Numbered from the stretch's first letter, positions 36,816 through 48,479 are shown. The stretch: 64,000 bases of DNA from an uncultured Methanosarcinaceae archaeon (GCA_963833425.1 CAWHXP010000003.1:128001-192000), one strand, 5' to 3'. Translations and numbers: made by a program. Notes: generated by a model from the sequence alone, not told the origin.

Positions 36816-36860
36816 ATACCCAATTTGGGATTATTTCGTCATCTTACAGGAGACTTACTT

Positions 36861-38105
36861 TTGGGAACGATTAGCGAAAAAATACTTTCCCGAGCATCGG
36901 GTACAGTGGCAAAGGCAAATGATTTCGTGATAGCAAATATAGACTATTCAATGGCGCATGATGGTACGTCGGTTCTTACCGTAAATGCTTTTAAGGAACT
37001 GGGGAGGGATAAAGTATGGGATCCGTCTAGGGTCATAATTCCTTTTGACCATATTTCACCTGCGAACAATGAGACATCAGCTACCTTGCAAAAAGAGATC
37101 CGGGAGTGGGTGAAGGAACAGGGTATCAATAATTTTTATGATGTTGGGGAGGGAATCTGCCATCAGTTACTCCCTGAAAAAGGCTTTGCCCTCCCTGGGA
37201 AATTGATCATAGGGGCTGACTCTCATTCCTGCACTTATGGAGCTTTCGGGGCTTTTGCTACAGGAGTTGGGGCTACTGATATGGCTGAGATTTTCGCTAC
37301 TGGTAAGCTCTGGTTCAAAGTACCAGAAAGTTTAAAGATTACTGTTGAAGGCAGTCTTAAAGTTGGGGTCTGTGCAAAAGACCTTATTCTTTACATCATC
37401 GGGAAGATCGGAATTGATGGTGCCACCTATAAAGCTGTCGAGTTCTATGGGCAAGCGGTTAACGAACTTTCGGTTGCTGGAAGGATGACACTCTGCAATA
37501 TGGCAATCGAGATGGGGGCAAAGTTAGGAATTGTCGCACCAGACGAAAAAATCTTCGAATTTTTGAAAAATAGAGCAGTTGCTTTTTACGAACCTATCTA
37601 TGCCGATCAAGATGCTTGTTATGTAGAAGAATTCACCTATCATGCTGATAATATTGAACCTCAGATAGCCTGTCCGCATCAGGTAGACAATGTAAAACCT
37701 GTTGGAGAGGTCGAAGGCACTCATATAGATCAGGTCTTTATCGGGACATGCACTAATGGTAGGCTTGAAGATATTGAAATAGTAGCAGCTATCCTGAAAG
37801 GGAAAAAGGTTGCAGTTAGGACTATTGTAATTCCTGCATCCCGCACTATTCTCCTTGAAGCAGTTGAAAATGGGACTATAGAAACTCTGCTGAAAGCAGG
37901 GGTGACTCTTGTAACTCCTGGATGTGGGCCCTGTCTTGGTGCTCATCAAGGAGTACTTGGGGAAAGCGAAGTTTGTATCTCAACAGCAAATCGAAATTTC
38001 AAAGGTCGGATGGGAAGAGATGGTTTTATTTATCTCGCGTCTCCCGCTACTGCAGCTGCTTCTTCGCTAACAGGCGAAATTACTGACCCAAGAAAAATTA
38101 ACTAG
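36861..38105 (+). CDS. 3-isopropylmalate dehydratase / homoaconitase large subunit (LeuC/HacA family)
   Basis: [55 protein letters not shown] before TTG 36861. Confidence 0.93.
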   Translation: MGTISEKILSRASGTVAKANDFVIANIDYSMAHDGTSVLTVNAFKELGRDKVWDPSRVIIPFDHISPANNETSATLQKEIREWVKEQGINNFYDVGEGICHQLLPEKGFALPGKLIIGADSHSCTYGAFGAFATGVGATDMAEIFATGKLWFKVPESLKITVEGSLKVGVCAKDLILYIIGKIGIDGATYKAVEFYGQAVNELSVAGRMTLCNMAIEMGAKLGIVAPDEKIFEFLKNRAVAFYEPIYADQDACYVEEFTYHADNIEPQIACPHQVDNVKPVGEVEGTHIDQVFIGTCTNGRLEDIEIVAAILKGKKVAVRTIVIPASRTILLEAVENGTIETLLKAGVTLVTPGCGPCLGAHQGVLGESEVCISTANRNFKGRMGRDGFIYLASPATAAASSLTGEITDPRKIN

Positions 38106-38236
38106 GAAATATTTGAATCGAAGGTCTTTTAATCTGAGATGTGTTGCAGAGCTTATTCAACGATTTAAAAATTTGATTTAAATCCAGTGGGGATTTATAG
38201 AATGAATTGCATATACCTGAACAGGAGGGACTAACT

Positions 38237-38455
38237 ATGACTGAAGAATGTAGTCATGAAAATCTTTCACATTTGATTGAACACTGGATTGAACATAACG
38301 AAAGCCATATCAAAAATTTTAAAGAATGGGCTCAGAAAGCCAAAAAAGATGGTTTTCTTGAAGCTTCTGAAGATATCCTTGAAGCTGCCGATAAAATCGA
38401 GGAAGCAAGTGAGTATCTTAAAAAGGCAAAAGAAGGACTTTTCCACATTCATTAA
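38237..38455 (+). CDS. Small His-rich helical protein, putative metal (Ni)-binding
   Basis: 72 aa, HLIEHWIEHNESH motif, C-terminal HIH; GGAGG RBS. Confidence 0.7.
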   Translation: MTEECSHENLSHLIEHWIEHNESHIKNFKEWAQKAKKDGFLEASEDILEAADKIEEASEYLKKAKEGLFHIH

Positions 38456-38790
38456 AATATACGAGAATCTAGTGATAGTAATTAACTATTTCATCTAACG
38501 TGCCGGAATTTTCTGGCACTATATTTTGTTTTTCGTTTTTTTATACAATTCATATTTCAGAATACTCCTCAAGCAGCAATTTCCTTTAATTTTTTAAATT
38601 TGGGTAAAATTTATAATTGTTAGTATATGCTTGATTTTGAGACTTCGTTTATTAATCACTGCTTTTTTCGGGAAAGAGTACAATTTCAATCTTTCATACT
38701 AAATGTGCGTTCCAGATTACAAGATTGACGTCTTAAAAGATTTAACGTCAGTAAATAATATAATATCAATTTTGAATCCATTATTTTATA

Positions 38791-38901
38791 GAGAATTTTG
38801 ATAAATTTCTGATGCTCAAGATTCATTTATTTATCATTCTAAGAACACGAATTTATTATTTATAAGGAGATGAATAAAGTTAGTGTTTATCTAAATTCCC
38901 T
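38791..38901. mobile_element. Longer (~110 bp) degenerate MITE with IS5-type TIRs
   Basis: gagaattttgataaat ... gtttatctaaattccc. Confidence 0.5.
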
Positions 38902-39498
38902 TTTATTCTCTTGCTGGTGTATTTTTGCATTTAACTTATTTTCGTTTTCATACACTAATCTACCGTGCTCTTCGCAAGGATTAAAATGGGTGAAGTCAAG
39001 CATCATTAGATTTATCAGGACTCTATTTTTAAAATGAGAATAAACTTCTTCGAATAACGGGCACAAACAAGTAAAAGTACTTTCATCTTACCCTTTTTAC
39101 TGCTGATTTCATCATTACCTTAGTAGGTAGATTGTTCTGGATTTGTTTTTTGAAAACTTTCGAAAACTGATCAGTGAATTGGCATCAATGGCTATATGAC
39201 TTTTATTAATGGTGTAAAATTCGTTTTTTTGGTAATTCCACTACCGAGTAAAATATTAGTTTAAATTGTCAGAAATAGTGGATAAGTCTTATGGTTTAGA
39301 CGTTACACTTTTTTTAAATTGCTACTATTTCTCAGTATATCGGGTGAAAAACAGTTGCAACTTTTCTAGATATATGATGATGGAATTTTAGCTCGTAAAA
39401 GTCGGGTTATACTATAAAATATGATGTTATTTGATATGAATCAACACCTGATTTTTAGTTTCCTGTTTAGGATTCATTGATAAAGCTTACCTGTCACA

Positions 39499-39586
39499 GA
39501 GAATTTCGATGAACCCGCATATTTCGTCATACACTTATGCTTGTGCATAAACGATTCGTTAAAATCAAAGTTTTATCGAAATCTTC
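39499..39586. mobile_element. 88-bp MITE with IS5-type TIRs
   Basis: gagaatttcgatgaac ... ttttatcgaaatcttc. Confidence 0.78.
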
Positions 39587-40241
39587 TATGGTTAGAAATT
39601 TTCGAGATATTGAGGCGCTTATGCATAAAAAACAGGTAAAGTATATTCGGAATTTATTGCACAATTTGAGCTTAATAATATTTATTCGGCCATCAAGAGT
39701 TTTCTCAAGATATCATCAAAATTTCGCTCCTATGTTCGACTTCGTTACAATTTTGTATATTTTGATGACATTAAAAATAAAAGGAGTATTTGAGGATGGC
39801 GGTAGCTATTTTTAAAATCAACGAATAACGAACCCGAACAGAAAATAAAATCGTGTCAAATACAAAAATTAGCAGAAAAATTTTAAACAGGATTCCAGGA
39901 AAAAATATCGGTAAATTGGAACTTATCCTTTCGTTCAGATTATAATCATCTCGACGATTAACTGCGCTTTTCAAAGTGTTGACTAAGATTATGTTGTCTA
40001 GATATGTGAATATTCCTTTGTCACCATAATTGCAATAAATTCAAAGCCAAGATATAAGAAAAAGTCTCAAATTGGTAGCAAAAAGTTCATAACTTTTATC
40101 CACGTTTGAGGCATGAAAAAAGTACTACTGCCTAATAGTTCATCTCATTATTTTCAATGAGTTTTTAAGTAGTTTATATATGTTGGTTACTCATACAATG
40201 GAAATTGCATAGGATAACATAAACCCACTTAAGGAGTTAAC

Positions 40242-40790
40242 ATGATCCCTAAAAAAGCGTTTGTGACAAAAGGTACCGGGGTGCATAAGGACAGATTAGC
40301 ATCTTTTGAGCTTGCACTGAGGGCTGCTGGAATAGAAAAATACAACCTTGTAAGTGTTTCAAGCATTCTACCTCCAAATTGTAAAATCGTACCTAAGGAA
40401 GAAGGACTTTTACAGCTAAAACCTGGTGGCATTGTCCATTGTGTGCTTGCAAGGAATGATACTAACGAACCACATCGTTTGATGGCTTCAGCTATAGGAA
40501 CTGCTCTTCCAGTAAATGAAGAAAATTACGGTTATATTTCTGAACATCATTCTTTTGGAGAAGAAGAAATTATTGCTGGAGAATATGCGGAAGACCTGGC
40601 AGCAACAATGCTTGCAACTACTTTAGGGATAGAGTTTAATGCTGAAATGGCCTGGCATGAGAGAGAGCAGGTGTATAAAGCTAGTGGTCACATATTTGAC
40701 TCTTTCCACATTTGTCAGACTGCAAAAGGCGATAAAGATGGTAAATGGACAACAGTAGTAGCTGCAATGGTCTTTGTTACTACAAACTAA
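40242..40790 (+). CDS. pdaD: Pyruvoyl-dependent arginine decarboxylase
   Basis: SFELALRAAGIEKYNLVSVSSILPP with SS self-cleavage site; AAGGAG RBS. Confidence 0.93.
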   Translation: MIPKKAFVTKGTGVHKDRLASFELALRAAGIEKYNLVSVSSILPPNCKIVPKEEGLLQLKPGGIVHCVLARNDTNEPHRLMASAIGTALPVNEENYGYISEHHSFGEEEIIAGEYAEDLAATMLATTLGIEFNAEMAWHEREQVYKASGHIFDSFHICQTAKGDKDGKWTTVVAAMVFVTTN

Positions 40791-41139
40791 AGAATGAGAC
40801 TAGTGGCATTATGCTTAATTTTCGATAAGATAAAAAATTTAAATAATTTGTTGAGTAGGTAATTTCAATATCGAAAGCCAAATTAGACACATAATGCAAA
40901 AATTTAATTTATAATTTACAGAAAATTCGAGACACTACCGAAAGAGGGAATTAAAGAAAAATATAGGGCTAGAATGGTAGCAGGCTTTGCACATTATTTC
41001 CCTCAACTTTTTCAATATCACAATCATAATTTCGATGTCTCATCAAACTGCAGTGGTTGGGTATGTTCACACCACTAATCCGAATATCTATAAATTGTTC
41101 AAAGTCAAATTATTTCATTTGCATGCATGCTTTTTTTGC

Positions 41140-41570
41140 GTCATTTTCTAGAGGTTTATCCGTTTTTGCATGGACAGTACGTTATGGATAAAAACATTCC
41201 AAAATTGTTCCCTTTTTTATTTTCAAACCAAAACAATTAAGTTAGCTTTGTAAATGCCCAAATATTCATTTCTTTTTTGCAGTTATCAATATTTTTTCCC
41301 CTGAATTACTAGTCTGTGGTACCGTGTGGTACGTACTCAGGAAAACAAATAAATTTACTGAAGAAATTCGATCAATATACCGTCATCAAGTTCAAAGTCG
41401 GAAAAATCCCTAACACTGCTGTAAAATAAGTATTTCAAGTATAATGATTAATCAGCTTCATGTCTGCCTCTGGAAACTTTTTTGTTAAAATATGAACTCA
41501 AAAATGATACAAAAAATTCCGATTAATTAAGGAATCAATTTCAGCAAGTTTATCTACAACTAACTAAATA
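41140..41570 (-). mobile_element. IS5-family 5' fragment, degraded
   Basis: Similar to 49860-50270 (aagaaattcgatc, caagttcaaagtc, atcaatttcagcaagtttatc). Confidence 0.7.
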
Positions 41571-41600
41571 TAAACCTGCATAAGTACCGCTGGAAACCCT

Positions 41601-42220
41601 AAAACCAGCCATAGAGAAATAAGGAATCTTTTCAAAACTTGTGTTCTTGGTGTTCAGTATGGACTTGGTGCAGAGGCTCTTGCATTAAAAATTAATAAAT
41701 CAACCCCATGTGCAAGGGAACTTTTGAGCCATCATAAGCGTTTATAAAAAAATTTGGATATGGGGTAATAGCGAATGGACTCAAGCGTGCCTTAGGAGAA
41801 CGATCGATACCTGTTTCAAATGGCGAATGGCTGTAAAAGGCCCCTGTAGAGAGGAATTGTTAACTGTAAGAAACTCTCCTGTTCAAGCAACAGGAGAAGA
41901 GATCTAAGAGTTGCCTGTTTTCGTCTCACTGAAAATAATATCAAATTAATTGCGCTGATCCATGATGCAATGATAATTGAATGTGAAGAAGAAACAGCAG
42001 ATGAAGGGATTTAAAAAGCTCGGAAAATAATGTCAGATGCTGCTGAAGTGGTGCTTGGATTAGGAAATCGGTTAAGAACTGAAGCTGAAATCACACTACC
42101 TGGACAGATACATAGTTAAAAAAGCAACTGAAACTTGGCGTTTGATCATGAAGATTTTAGAAGAGATTAAAGAAGAAAGAATATAGGGAAGACTAATTTC
42201 AATAATTTCCGTTTGGTCTA
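41601..42220 (+). pseudogene. Family-A DNA polymerase C-terminal remnant
   Basis: Motif B HREIRNLFKTCVLGVQYGLGAEALA, VRNSPVQATG, motif C LIALIHDAMIIE; several stops and frameshifts. Confidence 0.82.
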
Positions 42221-43201
42221 ATCTTTGAATTTAGCTGCAGAGCAATATTAATTAGCTGCGCAGCTAAATTCTAAAGCCTTCTAATACCTGTTTTACTACT
42301 TATATATCTCTAATATATCTCTTTTTTTCTTCTTGATATTTAAAAATAATATTAAACGGGGTAAAATGATTGTTGAATTCTAAAGATAAAATAAAAGGAT
42401 ATTTCATACCCCAGATGCCTTCAGAATGGATTGTAAAGTTACAGTCCACTTCAGTGGGGCATACATACAGAGTGGCTATGTATATTTGACACTTAAAAGG
42501 GTGAAGAAATCTAAAATTTAGTAGTCACCTTAAAAGGTATAAATTCATTTTTACCTATTCCAGATTGGGCTTGTCCGAAAGCATTGGACGAATTAGAAAA
42601 ATGTGAGATGAGAAAAACGATACGAAAGCGCGGTAAAATTCCCACTGTATCTGTTTTATGCGACAATTGTTATGAAGATTATCCCACTTTAAAAATCCAT
42701 GATAAGTTAGGATCACGCATTTGAAATAAGAATCAAATACTTTAGACATTGTAATGTAATCAAAAAAGAACAAGCACAATAAATGCTGCAGTTTAAATTT
42801 GAAAGTTAGATATATAAGGGTTCTTGCTATTAATTTTTTAGTCCAATTGCATAAATTCTATACCTATTATGTCATTTTTGTAAAATTTGACGTTTTTTTA
42901 TTTTTTAAGTTCCCATGTAAGCGTTACGTTGATATTAGCTTCTAGGCTTGCCTTAGTTATTAACGCATTTCCCTCGCTAGTGAGCTTTAGACCAAATGTT
43001 GACTCTACCTTAGATGGTCTGGTACTCTCAGGAACTTAATTCATTGTGGCTACTATGTATGTCGCCATTTGATGTATTGTATTCATTGCACTATTTAGAG
43101 CTTCAGCCGATTTATCTTCAATCTCTTTCAGTGAAATTATCGCATTAAATGTTATATTTAATTATTTGATGTGACTCTTAGTAAGCTAAAGTGGAAAAGA
43201 G

Positions 43202-43602
43202 GATGAAGTAAATAAGTCTTGAAGCATGCATTTTTCAAGTTATGGATTCTCAGGACATTGTCGGAGGTACGGGTTTTGTCCTCAGTCCAAATTTAGTTGT
43301 AACTTACGCCCATGTTGTGAAAGACTGCAACACCGGAATAGGTGAATTATTAACTTATTCTTCTATCCTAAAAAAACCAGGTTGGAAGCAGAGATATTAC
43401 GTGATGGTTGGAACGAGGAGGAGATGTTGCTTTCCTACGATTGAATAATTTTTCTCTTCTTAATAACCATGTGGCTAAAAAGCTAGGAACATTAGGATCT
43501 ACAAATGAACTCCAACAGGGTTTTCACCTCTATGGCTATCCAGATATAAGAACAGATTTAAAGGGTACTTTGGGTAGGTCAGATCATAGGACAAGTTCAT
43601 AA
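43202..43602 (+). pseudogene. Trypsin-like serine protease domain remnant
   Basis: GGTGFVLSPNLVVTYAHVV, DVAFLRL, FHLYGYP. Confidence 0.75.
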
Positions 43603-43689
43603 AAAACTACTTAATGGGCAGCTATTAGGTCTTTTAGAGTTCTTTTCCGAAACTGAAATTAAGTTACTTCTGGGGTAATACGAGTACAT

Positions 43690-44045
43690 AGGGAGGGAAT
43701 AAGAATTTTACCTTTAACTGGCAATTTGACACCAGTTGTTGGGCCGTTATTACGCACTTTAGAAAGTAATTCTGATCCGGGAACTGCAGTTTCGGTTACA
43801 TTTGATGGGAATTATGCTGTTTCAGATTCCGGTGACGACAAACTAAAGTTTGGGATCTTAAAACAGGAAATGAATACACACATTAAAAGGTCATTCTGAT
43901 CGAGTTTCATCAGTTTCCCTCACCTCCGATGGAAATTTGGCTGTCTCAGCTTCATGGGATAAAACGCTTAAAGTCTGGGATCTTAAAACAAGGGCAGAAG
44001 TCAGAACCTTAGCAGGTCATTTCAATTGTAGAAATGGTTTGAATT
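43690..44045 (+). pseudogene. WD40-repeat remnant of an NLR/APAF-like protein
   Basis: PLTGNLTPVVGPLLRTLE, TLKGHSDRVSSVSLTSDGNLAVSASWDKTLKVWDLKT, RTLAGH. Confidence 0.85.
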
Positions 44046-44070
44046 TTAAATTTTGTAGAGGATGTTAGTA

Positions 44071-44958
44071 ATGCCAAATCAACTGGAAGATGAGGATTGG
44101 GACCTCCTTCTTCGGAGAATCAAGGATAAAAAGTGTACTCCCTTTCTTTGGACCCGGAGCTTGTGCTGGAAAGATCCCTGTTGGTTCCCAGATTGCAAGT
44201 GAATGGGCAAAAAAGTATGACTACCCAATGGAAGACTCTGATGACTTGATAAAGGTGGCTCAGTTTGTGGCTGTGACCAAAGACGCTATGATTCCAAAGG
44301 AGGAGATGTGTAGAAAAATCAATGAACTGTTAAAAAAGTCCCACAAAAATACTTTGAAACTTCTGATGAACTTCATGGAGTGCTAGCCGATCTCCCATTG
44401 CCAGTTTATGTCACCACAAATTACGATGACCTTATGGTGCGAGCTCTTAAAAGCCGTGGCAAAACACCAATCCAGGAAATATGTCGGTGGAATGAATACT
44501 TCAAGCGACGCAAACCAACGTCAGACTATGTTCCTACTCCAGAAAAACCTTTAATATATCACCTCCATGGCTGCTATGAAATGCCAGAGTCGCTGGTTCT
44601 AACAGAGGACTACTATCTGGACTTCCTTGTTGCCACCTCAATGAAACAAAACCTGCTTCCTCCGCGTATTCAGAAGGCATTTACAGATTCATCTCTTCTT
44701 TTTCTAGGCTACAGGATAGCTGATTTGGGTTCCCAAGTTCTTTTCCGGATTCTTGCTGAATACTTAGAAATAGGTGATAGAATGCACTATTCCATGCAGC
44801 TTGTGACAGAGAATGTTCATGAGGCAAAAGAAGAAAGAGCTCAGAAATATCTGGATCGCTATTTTGAGGAGTCTAATATCAAGGTACACTGACACGATTG
44901 CCGTGAATTTGCCGTAGAATTGAGAAAACTATGGGAGGCTTTCAATCGTGGTCCTTGA
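44071..44958 (+). pseudogene. SIR2-like domain protein, frameshifted
   Basis: EDWDLLLRRIKDKKCTPF / GPGAC, VYVTTNYDDLM, YHLHG, LVLTEDYY, LLFLGY; premature TGA at 44890-44892. Confidence 0.85.
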
Positions 44959-46158
44959 ATTCCAGGCTTACGTGGGCCCTCTACCTTTTGAAGAGAAACA
45001 TAAAGCCATTTTTTTCGGGAGACCGTGAAGCTCGAGATCTCCGGTCCTTAGTCATTGCGCATCGTTTGGTTCTCGTCTATGCCCAGCCGGGTGCAGGTAA
45101 GACTTCACTTATCACTGCAGGGCTTATTTATCTCCTGAAAGAAAAACAGTTTGAAGTTCTCCTTGTGGCGAGAGTTAAAGGCACACTTTTTGGAAATATA
45201 AAATCTGAAGAGATCTCAAACATATTTGTCTTTAATACTCTTACAAGCTTGGCTAAAGATGAGCATGATGTTGAGCGCCTTGCTAAAATTAAACTTGTTG
45301 AGTTTATGAAAGAACAGAAGCATATGCATGATGACAATGGTATGGCATTACTCCATGTCATCATCTTCGATCAGTTTGAGGAAATATTCACTTCGTATCA
45401 AGACCGCTGGAAAGATAGAGAGGAATTCTTTGAGCAAGTAAACATTGCTCTGGAAGCAGATCCCCTTTTAAGGGTAGTTTTTGTCATAAGGGAGGATTTC
45501 ATATCTCAGCTAGATCCTTATGAAGATCATCTACCCGAAAAAATGTGGTTGAGTTATCACATAGAGCGCCTGCGCCGTAATGCTGCCCTGCAAGCAATCG
45601 AAAGGCCATTGAGAGATACTAGTCGCTCTTTTGCGGAAGGCGTGGCAAAAAAAACTTGTCGATGATTTGCTGGAGAGTCGAGTTGAGACAATGAACGGCG
45701 AGATCGCTGAGATAACAGGAGAATTCATAGAAGCTGTGCAACTTCAGGTAGTATGCAAGAACATCTGGCGGGATTTACCATTAAATGAAAAACTAATCAC
45801 GTTTCAGCATCTGAAAAAATATGGTAATTTTTAAGAGGTACTTTACAGGTTTTACGAAGAGGCTATAAAGGCAGCGGTAGAGGAGACAGGCATTGATGAG
45901 TAGAGCCTGCGCAGATTTTGCAATGAAAAGTTAATAACGAAAATAAGGATGCGGGGGACGGAGTACCGGGCTCCAGAGTTCACTTGTGGTATTTCCAATC
46001 CAGCTATTGACGTTCTTGAAAGCAGGCACCTTATTAGAGCAGAGTCGCGGGCAAATGCGCTCTGGTATGAACTGGCACACGACATTATACACCGGACCAT
46101 CATGTTTGAGAGGATTTCAATTTTTTATAAGACCTGGAAATACCATTCCATAGCATAA
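44948..46158 (+). pseudogene. STAND NTPase (nSTAND1-like), frameshifted and 3'-truncated
   Basis: YVGPLPFEEKHKAIFFGR, Walker A AQPGAGKTSL, Walker B IIFDQFEEIF, VIREDF, QLQVVC, YELAHD; overlaps the SIR2 stop. Confidence 0.85.
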
Positions 46159-46246
46159 TCTAAGAGTTATTTGCTTTGATATCACTCTTTCTCTGCTTCC
46201 TTTCTCTACCTTACCAACTGGGATTCCAAAGATGTTTGATGCAGTC

Positions 46247-46540
46247 AACATTATGAAGGAAAAATTATCTCATTAAATGTAAGATGGTACCTAAAATATT
46301 CATTGAGCTATAAAAATTTAGAGGAGATGATGGCAGAAAGAGGAATAAAAGTTGATCACACTACTATAATTAGATGGGTACATCGATATTCTTCTGAGAT
46401 GGAAAAGAAGGTGCTTAGACATTTAAAGCCAACTAATGACTCTTGGAGAGTGGACGAAACCTGCATCAAAGTAAAAGGTGAATGAAAATATCTTTATCGT
46501 GCAGTTGATTCAGCTGGGAATACAGTTGAATTTATGCTAA
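46247..46540 (+). mobile_element. IS6-family transposase fragment
   Basis: HYEGKII, WYLKYSLSYKNLEEMMAERGIKVDHTTIIRWV, SWRVDETCIKVKGE*KYLYRAVDS. Confidence 0.88.
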
Positions 46541-46664
46541 GGAATTGTAACGAAATAACTTAAGTAATCAATTATTCTGTTTGAAGAAAATCGGTTAAGA
46601 CATCCATAAAAACGGTTAGGTACATTGCAAAAATTGACTTAAGGTATTTCGCGGCAAGCACTAA

Positions 46665-46788
46665 GATCCTATCCGAAAAGTCTGTAATGCATGTTGAGAA
46701 GTCACAATAGGTTTATAATATCCGGCCCCGGTTTTGCATATTGCATATCGTAAAAGTTATAGCAGGTAACTACTTTTTGGATAGGCTC
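46665..46788. mobile_element. 124-bp MITE with 3-bp TAA target duplication
   Basis: TIRs gatcctatccgaaaagt / actttttggataggctc; TAA at 46662-46664 and 46789-46791. Confidence 0.75.
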
Positions 46789-47224
46789 TAAAATGTAATT
46801 TTAAACCATAATGTTTAATGTACTTAAATTTAAAGCTTTTTTTATTTCAAGAATACACGGTTGATTCCATTTTGTGACCTTTTTTAGGGTTCATTTTTGC
46901 AAAAATCGTTTGTTTAGTTGAGTATTAGATGCAACATATAGGAAAAGGTAGTATTTGACCGATAACCGATGACGGTTATCGGCCATAGAGCCTGTATTCC
47001 CGTGGTCAATGGAATGAACAACTCAACAAACGACTTTCATGAAACTAAATGTATAAAAATCACATCAAATAGTCACACCGCTTATATTGTAGCATGGAAA
47101 TCACGATAGTCACCATAACCCTCTGCATGATGGCAATATTCGTAGTCTTGGTCATACTAGGCAATGTGGTAGGCTTTGACAAAATTTTAAGGCTCATTCG
47201 CCTTCGCTAAACAATTGGATTGCA

Positions 47225-47400
47225 GCGCGACCGCTTAAACATCTCCGACAGCAGGATAGCCTACATCATGGCAGACTCAGAAATGAATAAGAGGTCGCTC
47301 TTTATGTAACCGGTTACATGCGAAAGGGAAAGACAATCAGAAAAACGCTACTCTGAATGGGGACACATCGAAAGCTCACGTTGAACAACGTCAAAAGTAT
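47225..47400 (+). ncRNA. Probable group II intron 5' (domain I) fragment
   Basis: GCGCG start (GUGCG-like), palindrome atgtaaccggttacat, gaaagac, ctgaatgggg, resembling recalled Methanosarcina intron 5' ends; no domain V/VI or RT seen. Confidence 0.45.
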
Positions 47401-48479
47401 ACGCTTTAACGTCTGAACGATTCACTTCTTCGAGGCAGGAAGACGAATAATCTTTGACATTCCAAAGATCCAGTAATTTTGAATACCTCTTGAAGAGGCA
47501 AAGTATCCGGCGCTTTTCCAAAGTATATTTGAAAGATATGAGAGAAATCCCACAGAGAGTTTGTAGTGGCTAGGATACTTTCACCCATTGGATCGAATAA
47601 AAACCTTATTTAGAGACTATCAGTGACCTATTCCGTGTTTATTTAAGTAGCCATTACCCCATTTTAATGGTGGACAGACGTTGTATGAAAAGGACTAGAT
47701 ACTAAGTGAGTTGATGCCTTTTTTAGATTGAAATATTGGAACTTTAATCGATTACGACTTATCTTAGAATAAACTAAGCTAGTAAAAATGAAAGATGCTT
47801 TGAACAAAAATTTGGATGCCTGAGGAGAGTATTCTCTATAAGCTATATAGCTCGGTAGGTGAAGCTTACGAACATCCGGAACCACACAGGCTTGAGGTTG
47901 AAAATAAAAGCGGTTTAAGCCAGGAGGGCTCGGAAAATCCTTTTTTATCTGCAGAGAAGCAGGCTGCAGCAGTCGAGAAATAATATCCTTCTAAACCAGA
48001 AACAGAGGAAGAGAGCGGTTAATTCAGGCTTATATCATTTTATTCGGTTTATTGATTTCTTATGATTGTGATCCGGCACTACGTGGTCTTCTACTGTACT
48101 TATTTTTATCATTTATGAAATAATTTCTTTAGCGTTTTATGTGTGCTTATTACGTTTTTAGAAACATATAAATAGAATATTTTTTAACGTATTAGCTTTT
48201 GTGACATCTTTTACTTTTTGTTTAGCTGGTTTTAAGTCTGGATATAAGTTCTCAGAATCCCTATCTAATTTTTTAGGTTGGTTTATCCCATCTTCTTTCT
48301 TTTCTATTAGTTTTGTTAATACTTTTTTATTTATTATGATTCAATTTATCAATTGGGACATTAGAGGTATTGATATTTATTTTTTCATTTTTACTGCAAT
48401 TGTTTTTTTTGTCATTGGCTGTTTGGTTTATATATTTGAGTTTGGCGATAGATAAAAGAGATTGATTTTTATGGAATAT

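Noticed and set aside
3232..46158. General stop-codon recoding (pyrrolysine or selenocysteine) as the explanation for broken genes
   Set aside because: Lesions mix TAA, TGA, TAG and frameshifts, and intact genes use all three stops normally
47406..47885. Possible transposase remnant on the minus strand
   Set aside because: Too degraded to assign; no convincing DDE motif or TIR
48201..48455. Hydrophobic 84-aa ORF (and the similar 21525-21749 ORF)
   Set aside because: T-rich low-complexity sequence with no clear RBS or family motif; may be fragments of decayed membrane-protein genes
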